A DNA stretch of 64,000 nt from Bacilli bacterium (lineage in GTDB: Bacteria; Bacillota_I; Bacilli_A; RF39; UBA660): contig JAZTXB010000047.1 in the NCBI GenBank assembly GCA_045636225.1, positions 4,742-68,741 on the forward strand, in the 5' to 3' direction. Positions 18,219 through 24,482 of the stretch are shown in pieces. The notes under the pieces were generated by a model. That model was given only the letters and a program-made list of their open reading frames with translations, did not search any database and had not been told where the DNA came from. Both the position numbers and the translations under genes were made by a program. The stretch's first letter is position 1. Every line of letters begins with the position of its first letter.

Positions 18219-19628
18219 ATGATAAGAATTAAATCAATAAAATTTTACAATCATAAAATATTTGGGAATCAGTTTTTTGATTTTACAATTGACGGGAACA
18301 ATCCAGTTAATAATATTATTTTTGCAGGAGAAAATGGTAGCGGAAAAACAAAGTTATTAGAGGAATTACATAACGTTAGTAATTTTTCTTTCTTTGCAAA
18401 TTATGGTATTTATTCTCAAAAAACACATGAGATAATTGTAGATTTATCAACAGAAAACTACTGTGATATTAACAATGATGATATAAAGATAAATGAAGCG
18501 ATTTTAACTATATCAAAAAACGCTGAGGAAAACACTTCTAATAATTTAGTTTTTTTAAGTAATGGAAATAAGATAAAAAACGTTAAAAGAGCTGGCTCTA
18601 CAGACAGAGTTATCTCTTTAAAAATAAATGGATTATATTCTAATGTGGATATAAATTATAAACCTAGAAATACTATTCAAGGAATAACTAATAAGACATT
18701 AGATAATGATAATAATTCTATCCCTAATGATATGGCATCAGAAATTATACAACTTCTAGTTGATATAGCAATACAAGATAGCTGTGACGTTGATTCTTGG
18801 ATAGGGAGTCATAGAAATGCAGTTGTTCCTGATAACATTTATCACACCAGGTTAAAAAGATTTACTAATGCGTTTGAAAAAATGTTTGAAGACACAATAA
18901 AATACAAAGAAATTAGAAATAATTCTATTCCAATATTTGAAAAAAATAATAATGAAATAGAAATTTCATCATTAAGTTCTGGGGAAAAACAAGTTATATT
19001 TAGAGGAATTTACTTACTTAGAAATAAGAATAGTTTAAAAGGTGTTCCTGTATTTATTGACGAACCTGAAATAAGTATGCACCCTAAATGGGAAGAAACA
19101 ATATTTGAGTATTATAAAAATATATTTTCGGAAGAAAATATTCAAACATCACAAATGTTTGTCGCAACTCATTCGGAGCATATTTTATCTAATGTTTTAA
19201 ATTATAATGATAGTTTAGTAATAAAAATAAAAGATAATACTACTCAAAAATTCTATAAAAATGGGCCAGGCACAATTTTACCAACTATAACATTGGCAGA
19301 AATAAAATATAGTATTTTTGACTTATATACTACAGATTTCCATACTTTGCTTTATGGATATATACAACAAAATTTTGTTTCCGATAATAATGGGCAGTTA
19401 ATTGATAATCCCAATATTTTACAAACAGATGAATGGTTGAAAAATCAAAATGTTCCTCTAAAAGAATATGTTAAACAGATTAGTCCTACGCATACTAAAC
19501 ATTATGATACACTTTCAACATATATAAGGAATTGCATTGATCATCCGGATGATGATCATAGTTATTGCAATGAAGAATTAATTACATCTATAGAGAAAAT
19601 GATAGAAATAATTAATAACAACAATTAG
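18219..19628 (+). CDS. ABC-type (AAA_15/AAA_21-like) ATPase with unknown approx 130 aa C-terminal domain
   Basis: Walker A GENGSGKTKLLEEL, signature-like LSSGEKQV, Walker B VFIDEPEISMHP and H-loop ATHSEHIL. The architecture is shared by the ATPase components of many anti-phage systems. Confidence 0.8.
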   Translation: MIRIKSIKFYNHKIFGNQFFDFTIDGNNPVNNIIFAGENGSGKTKLLEELHNVSNFSFFANYGIYSQKTHEIIVDLSTENYCDINNDDIKINEAILTISKNAEENTSNNLVFLSNGNKIKNVKRAGSTDRVISLKINGLYSNVDINYKPRNTIQGITNKTLDNDNNSIPNDMASEIIQLLVDIAIQDSCDVDSWIGSHRNAVVPDNIYHTRLKRFTNAFEKMFEDTIKYKEIRNNSIPIFEKNNNEIEISSLSSGEKQVIFRGIYLLRNKNSLKGVPVFIDEPEISMHPKWEETIFEYYKNIFSEENIQTSQMFVATHSEHILSNVLNYNDSLVIKIKDNTTQKFYKNGPGTILPTITLAEIKYSIFDLYTTDFHTLLYGYIQQNFVSDNNGQLIDNPNILQTDEWLKNQNVPLKEYVKQISPTHTKHYDTLSTYIRNCIDHPDDDHSYCNEELITSIEKMIEIINNNN

Positions 19629-19812
19629 AAATATAAAGAAATGCAAAATAACATTGGCTTTATTTTTTCAGCGAGTATGTAATGTTCTCTAATATATTAA
19701 TTAAGCCTCTTTCTTTGCATAGGGGTTGGGAAAATTCCCATATATGAATTGTTGCGGGAGTAAGAATTCAGTGCTGGCACAGACAGAAACTTACTCCCTT
19801 AAAGGCATTTAA

Positions 19813-19847
19813 AGCACTATCTGAAAAAAGATAGTGCTTATTTTTTT
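19813..19847 (+). terminator. rho-independent terminator of the cargo operon
   Basis: AGCACTATC-TGAAAAAA-GATAGTGCT is followed by TATTTTTTT. It abuts the stop of the convergent gene at 19846. Confidence 0.75.
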
Positions 19848-20157
19848 AATTATAATTAATTAGTTTTAATTTAGTGATATTTACGATTTTTAAATTATAT
19901 TTAATTCTTAAAATTAGTTCGATTTGTGGTATTAACTTATCAATATTACATCTAACATTAAATACATCTATTGCAGAGTTGATATGATTACGAAGTGGAC
20001 AATCTGATAAACAATTTCTACTATGTCCATTTGCTAAATAAAATGCTATTGTATCGGGTATAACAAAGTTAATAAGATACTCATTATAATTGTTATAAAA
20101 TGGTAATAATATTTCTTTAAATTCTTTATCAGTTATATCTTCTTTACCTTTAATCAT
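19846..20157 (-). CDS. hypothetical protein (103 aa)
   Basis: ORF whose start is translationally coupled (4 nt overlap) to the TnpV-like gene. No motif recognised. Confidence 0.5.
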   Translation of the reverse strand: MIKGKEDITDKEFKEILLPFYNNYNEYLINFVIPDTIAFYLANGHSRNCLSDCPLRNHINSAIDVFNVRCNIDKLIPQIELILRIKYNLKIVNITKLKLINYN

Positions 20158-20516
20158 ATTTCATCTCCATATACGATTTCTCTTAAAACTATTTCTTCAG
20201 CAATGTTTTTACAAGTATTCATTTTTTGAATCCATAACATTTGATTTTTAGCTTTTAATTTTTCAGTAATAGTATCATCAAATTCTATTAGTTCATTTAT
20301 TAAATAATTAACTTTATTTTCTGCTTCTTTACTTACTGAAAAAAGATGTTCGTTTAGTTTATCTTTCATTAGTAATTCTTGAAATAATGCTTTCTTATGA
20401 TTTTTTAAATATTCTAATCTTAATAATCCATATTTATTTAATTGTTTATTTTCTTTTTCAGCAAGTGCTAAATCAGGTAAGTAATAATCTCCATATTTTT
20501 TATAATTTATTTTCAT
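20154..20516 (-). CDS. TnpV-like transposon-associated protein
   Basis: YGDYYLPDL...NKYGLLRLEYLKNHKKALFQELLMKDKLNEHL...KAKNQMLWIQKMN...AEEIVLREIVY follows the pattern I recall for the TnpV family of clostridial mobilisable transposons. An AAAGGAA RBS is present. Confidence 0.55.
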   Translation of the reverse strand: MKINYKKYGDYYLPDLALAEKENKQLNKYGLLRLEYLKNHKKALFQELLMKDKLNEHLFSVSKEAENKVNYLINELIEFDDTITEKLKAKNQMLWIQKMNTCKNIAEEIVLREIVYGDEI

Positions 20517-20569
20517 AATTTCAATTCCTTTCTTTTGTGAAGAATATTAGTAGTATTATTTTTAATTTT

Positions 20570-20590
20570 AGGTACCCATTTAGGTACTCA
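20570..20590. repeat. AGGTACCCA-TTT-AGGTACTCA; putative right attachment site
   Basis: Imperfect copy of the repeat at 11883-11903. Confidence 0.5.
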
Positions 20591-20704
20591 ATCACTAAAA
20601 TCTCTTAAAATTATATAAATTTTTATAATTAGATTTAATTTATAATTGCTTAAAATATAAGGATTTAATTAGCAATAATTTATTTCATATATGAAAGGTT
20701 TTGG

Positions 20705-20745
20705 CCCCCTGAAGACTAGCCGAGAGGCTAGTCATTTTTGTTTTT
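20705..20745 (+). repeat. CCCCCTGAAG + GNRA hairpin + T-run module (copy B)
   Basis: CCCCCTGAA, then GACTAGCC-GAGA-GGCTAGTC, then ATTTTTGTTTTT. It is homologous to 11811-11850, with compensatory changes in the stem. Confidence 0.6.
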
Positions 20746-20797
20746 ATCAATAAAATCAAGGGTTTACAAGGATTTGTTATCTAAAAAATACTATTTC

Positions 20798-20822
20798 AGG
20801 TAACAAAAAGGTAACATTTTTT
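20798..20822. repeat. 25 nt direct repeat AGGTAACAAAAAGGTAACATTTTTT (left copy)
   Basis: Identical to 22661-22685. An inverted TGTTACC lies at 20833-20839, giving three GGTAACA sites upstream of the phosphoesterase gene. Confidence 0.7.
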
Positions 20823-20968
20823 GTTGCTTAAGTGTTACCTAAAAGCCAATTTTACAAAAATTAATCTTCATAAATGCTTATAAAATAAGACTTTTTGATA
20901 AATTTGAGTCAGTCCAAATAGTTTTGGTTGATTTGTATGGTATAATTATATTGAGAGGTGAATACTTT

Positions 20969-21688
20969 ATGAAAATCGCAGTTTTTTCTGATATACATGG
21001 AAATTTACAAGCATTAAAAGCAATTGTTGCGGATATTAATAAAAATAATTTTGATGAAGTTATTTGTTTAGGTGATGTCATTGCAATGGGACCTAATCCA
21101 AAAGAGTGTCTTGATTTGATAATCGATAATAATTATAAAATGGTTTTAGGAAATCATGAGTTGTATTATATAAAAGGAACACAAATAGATGATGAAATGG
21201 GAGAAGGAGAAATAAAACATCAAAACTGGATTAAAGAACAATTGAAAGATGATTATATAGACTTTCTTAACAAATGCCCAATGAAAATAGAAATAACTAA
21301 AAATAATATAAAACTTTTATTTCAACATTTTTTAATTGATGATAATTCAAAAGATGAATATCCATTAGAAGATCTAAGTATTGTTAAAGATGCTAGAATT
21401 AGTGAACAGTTTGATAAAATTGATACAAATTATATGTTTATTGGTCATGAACACAAAAGTTTTGATGTGAATATAAACAATAAAAAATTATTTGATGCTG
21501 GAAGTAGCGGTTGTAGAAAAGATGAAGAAACATTTTATACTGTTATTACAATTGCAAATGATGTTGTTAATATTGAAAAAAAATATTTGATTTATGATAG
21601 AGATCAATTTGTTTCGACATTAAAAAATATAGAATATCCGGACAGAAAAATAATTTCAAAAATATTTTTTGGAATAAATGATTTATAA
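20969..21688 (+). CDS. metallophosphoesterase (calcineurin-like, YfcE/MPP family)
   Basis: Motifs KIAVFSDIHGN, LGDVIAMGP, LGNHE and IGHEH. The start was moved to the ATG at 20969 (GAGAGGTG RBS). Confidence 0.85.
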   Translation: MKIAVFSDIHGNLQALKAIVADINKNNFDEVICLGDVIAMGPNPKECLDLIIDNNYKMVLGNHELYYIKGTQIDDEMGEGEIKHQNWIKEQLKDDYIDFLNKCPMKIEITKNNIKLLFQHFLIDDNSKDEYPLEDLSIVKDARISEQFDKIDTNYMFIGHEHKSFDVNINNKKLFDAGSSGCRKDEETFYTVITIANDVVNIEKKYLIYDRDQFVSTLKNIEYPDRKIISKIFFGINDL

Positions 21689-21722
21689 AATATATAATAC
21701 ATTAAATAGATAAGGAACACCT

Positions 21723-22628
21723 ATGAAGTTTAGTAAATTCACAAATATAAAAGATGAAGAAAAATTTTTTACAACAAAATATATGATATATAAATATAAA
21801 TTTGCACCTGTATATATAGATAGTGGTATTGATATACCGGATTGTTATTTTGAATTTGAAAATAAATTTTTCGCAGTAGAAGTTACAAGATATTTTCAGC
21901 AAAATTCAGAAAAAGAACATCAAGAATATGTAAATCTTGTAGAAAAATACCTTGAGAATAATTTTTTTAAAGAAGCATATCATCGTTTAGGTAGAAGAAA
22001 AGCAGAAAATGTAACGATCTCATTTTATAATCTTGATGAATTAAAAGATTTAATAATTAATAATAGTAATTATATAAAAAATATATTTATTGGAGATAAT
22101 TATTATCTTAACGAAAAAAAAGAAAAGCTTGGAGATGTCTACTTAATTGGAAATGAAAAAGAAAAAATGACGATAGTAGAATTTATAGATTCACTTTCTA
22201 ATGAAATATGTAATGAAGAGAATATAGAATTAGAAATATTTACAAGGAACAGATATGATATTTCGATAAGTTTTAAATTTTGTAAAATTCCTTATTATGG
22301 AAAGAATAATGATAAAAAAGTAATTCCGGTATTTTGTTGGTTTGTAAATGATAATGAATTATATGACAACATTATTAAGATTATTTTGCATAAAAATAAA
22401 AAATTAATAAATGAATATATTCCTAAATTTGCAGAACATAATATAAAGTATGATAATTATAATTTAGTTGTATATAATGAGGGAATACCAGCAGATTTAG
22501 ATGAAGAAAAATTGTTTGCTCAAGTCAAGAAAATTGATAATTTAAAATATCAAGAAATAGCGATATTCTTATGGAAAAAAGTTATGGTAATAAGTAATAA
22601 TAATTATCAAGTTTTTCATACTAAATAG
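21723..22628 (+). CDS. hypothetical protein (301 aa), weak PD-(D/E)xK-like motif
   Basis: ORF 34 nt downstream of the phosphoesterase gene. IPDCYFEFENKFFAVEVTRY might be a degenerate nuclease motif, but this is not convincing. Confidence 0.45.
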   Translation: MKFSKFTNIKDEEKFFTTKYMIYKYKFAPVYIDSGIDIPDCYFEFENKFFAVEVTRYFQQNSEKEHQEYVNLVEKYLENNFFKEAYHRLGRRKAENVTISFYNLDELKDLIINNSNYIKNIFIGDNYYLNEKKEKLGDVYLIGNEKEKMTIVEFIDSLSNEICNEENIELEIFTRNRYDISISFKFCKIPYYGKNNDKKVIPVFCWFVNDNELYDNIIKIILHKNKKLINEYIPKFAEHNIKYDNYNLVVYNEGIPADLDEEKLFAQVKKIDNLKYQEIAIFLWKKVMVISNNNYQVFHTK

Positions 22629-22660
22629 TTGTTGCTATAAAATATTACAATGTTTTTTCG

Positions 22661-22685
22661 AGGTAACAAAAAGGTAACATTTTTT
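22661..22685. repeat. 25 nt direct repeat AGGTAACAAAAAGGTAACATTTTTT (right copy)
   Basis: Identical to 20798-20822. The two copies bracket the two-gene cassette. Confidence 0.7.
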
Positions 22686-22723
22686 CAAATTTAGGTGAAC
22701 TGAAATGGCCTAAATTGGCTTGT

Positions 22724-22757
22724 TAAAGCCATTTTTGACCAGTAAAAGCCATTTTTG
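22724..22757. repeat. iteron-like tandem repeat (T/A)AAAGCCATTTTTG x2, 20 nt period
   Basis: TAAAGCCATTTTTG is at 22724-22737 and AAAAGCCATTTTTG at 22744-22757. Related AAAGCCAAT(G)TTTACAA sequences occur near 22838 and 20843. Confidence 0.5.
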
Positions 22758-22783
22758 TACTATCAAAACAACGAATTTATAAT

Positions 22784-22816
22784 CCCCCTGAAGGAGCCGA
22801 AAGGCTCCATTTTTTT
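22784..22816 (+). repeat. CCCCCTGAAG + GNRA hairpin + T-run module (copy C)
   Basis: CCCCCTGAA, then GGAGCC-GAAA-GGCTCC, then ATTTTTTT. Confidence 0.6.
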
Positions 22817-22877
22817 GTGTTATGCTTTATAAAGCCAATGTTTACAAGGGTTTGCAAGTTTACAACCCAGTTGTATT

Positions 22878-22927
22878 AGGTACATTTTAGGTACCATTTA
22901 GATACTTTTTCTGGTACCTAAAGTACC
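22878..22927. repeat. cluster of degenerate AGGTAC(C) sites
   Basis: AGGTACATTTTAGGTACCATTTAGATAC plus the palindrome GGTACCTAAAGTACC. Related to the att-like repeats at 11883 and 20570. Confidence 0.45.
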
Positions 22928-23052
22928 AAGTCTAGTTTATTAAACCATTATAAATACTGGCTTTAAATATAAAAAAGAGTGCCTTTTGTTCGAATACTAT
23001 GATATAATTAAACTGTTGTTAGCAACGATAACTTAATGAGGTGATTAGTGTT

Positions 23053-24339
23053 ATGTCTAAGAAAACTGTTTCGGAATTATGGGAAGAAATATTTTTTGAT
23101 TTTGATATTATAAATAATATAAATAGTGAAGGTTATTTTAAAATAACGGCTGATGATATTAGAAAATATAAAGAGCCAAGATTAATGACTAAATTTGATT
23201 ATTCAAAACAATTACCTAAAATTTTCAAAGAAAATAAATTAGGAATTTTACCTATTAAAAATGGTGAATATATTATTGGTAAGTATAATTTGTTTAAGAA
23301 TATTTCAAATACTAAGTATGAAGATGTTATTCCAATAAAAAAACAAATGCCTTCTTATATAGAAACAATAGATCCAGATAACATATATTCAGAGAGTAAT
23401 GCATTAAATGTTGCTCTTTTATCAGGAATGATTAAAGATACTATTGGAGAAGAAGTGGTTGAAACTATACAAGGGAAGATGAGAGCAACAGGATTTAAAT
23501 TTGATATTGATGGCGATTTAGGAACACAATCTATTACTATAGAGAAACCTGCTATGGAAATAGATGGTGGCTATGAAGGTAAAAAAAACGTGGTATTAAT
23601 AGAAGCGAAGAATTATCTTCCTGATGATTTCATAATTCGTCAACTGTATTATCCTTATAGACATTGGTTTAATAAAGTAAATAAAAAAGTAGTTCCAATT
23701 TTCTTTGGATATGAAAACGGAATATATAATTTTTTTGTTTATGAATTTTTAGATTTAAATAATTATAATTCATTATCTTTAAAAGAAATTAAAAGATTTA
23801 TAATTTCTAATGAAACTTCTGAAGAGCTAAAATTAAGAATTTTTAATAATATTCAGTTGCAAGAAGAAAAAAAACAAAGTGAAATGCCTTTTCCACAAGC
23901 AGATTCTTTTGCTAAAGTTTTTGGTTTATTGGATATACTTGATGAAAATATTAATTCTGAAGATGTAGCTGAATTTTATGAATTTGATACTAGACAAGGT
24001 AGTTACTATTTATCGGCTGCTAAATATTTAGGGTTAATAGAAGGAAATTATGGAAAGTATAAATTAACTACGGATGGTTTTACAATAATTAATGCTGATA
24101 CAAAAAATAGAAATGAACAATTGATTTCACTAATTTTGAAACATAAAGTATTTTACTTTACATACAAATATTATTTGGAAAATAAAAAATTACCTAACAA
24201 AAAGTTTATTATCGAACTTATGAAAGAATATACGGACATACCAAAATTTAATAAAGATGGTAAAGAAAACGAAGTATTTAATAGAAGGGCTAGTACTGTA
24301 AGAGGTTGGGTTCAATGGATAATAGGATGTCAAGTTTAG
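23053..24339 (+). CDS. putative PD-(D/E)xK restriction-endonuclease-like protein with C-terminal wHTH-like region
   Basis: EIDGGYEGKKNVVLIEAKN fits D...(D/E)xK. The N-terminal half resembles orphan type II restriction-enzyme-like families. The C-terminal approximately 150 aa is helical. The start was moved to the ATG at 23053 (GAGGTGA RBS). No methyltransferase gene is nearby. Confidence 0.4.
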   Translation: MSKKTVSELWEEIFFDFDIINNINSEGYFKITADDIRKYKEPRLMTKFDYSKQLPKIFKENKLGILPIKNGEYIIGKYNLFKNISNTKYEDVIPIKKQMPSYIETIDPDNIYSESNALNVALLSGMIKDTIGEEVVETIQGKMRATGFKFDIDGDLGTQSITIEKPAMEIDGGYEGKKNVVLIEAKNYLPDDFIIRQLYYPYRHWFNKVNKKVVPIFFGYENGIYNFFVYEFLDLNNYNSLSLKEIKRFIISNETSEELKLRIFNNIQLQEEKKQSEMPFPQADSFAKVFGLLDILDENINSEDVAEFYEFDTRQGSYYLSAAKYLGLIEGNYGKYKLTTDGFTIINADTKNRNEQLISLILKHKVFYFTYKYYLENKKLPNKKFIIELMKEYTDIPKFNKDGKENEVFNRRASTVRGWVQWIIGCQV

Positions 24340-24365
24340 ACATCTTTTTTCTTATAAACAAACGA

Positions 24366-24397
24366 CCTGAAGACAGCCGAGAGGATCTCATTTTTTT
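24366..24397 (+). repeat. degenerate copy D of the CCTGAAG-hairpin-T-run module
   Basis: CCTGAAGACAGCCGAGAGGATCTCATTTTTTT keeps the 5' flank, the AGCCGAGAGG core and T7, but the stem is broken. Confidence 0.4.
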
Positions 24398-24482
24398 ACT
24401 ATTTATCATAAAATACTATTTATATGTTTAATTTCGTGTTATAATTTTTTTATAAGATAAAATAGTAAGTGAGTGTGATAAT

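Larger units (their letters stand above)
11883..20590. mobile_element. integrative island of approx 8.7 kb: integrase, replication-type ATPase, Xis-like and XRE regulators, four-gene cargo operon, TnpV-like module
   Basis: It is bounded by imperfect AGGTACCCA tandem direct repeats. A tyrosine integrase sits at the left edge. The gene content is typical of small integrative or mobilisable elements. Confidence 0.6.

Noticed and set aside
20924-20968. Extended starts offered by the ORF track for several genes: 20924 for the phosphoesterase, GTG 23041, 38086 for the kinase, 3194, 17602 and 58817
   Set aside because: In each case a downstream ATG has a properly spaced Shine-Dalgarno sequence, and the protein then begins at the expected family N-terminus or signal peptide.
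11811-24397. CRISPR array or integron attC array, suggested by the recurring hairpin modules
   Set aside because: - There are only four copies.
- They are separated by 1.5-9 kb of coding DNA rather than by short spacers.
- No cas or intI gene is present.
- The stems differ between copies.
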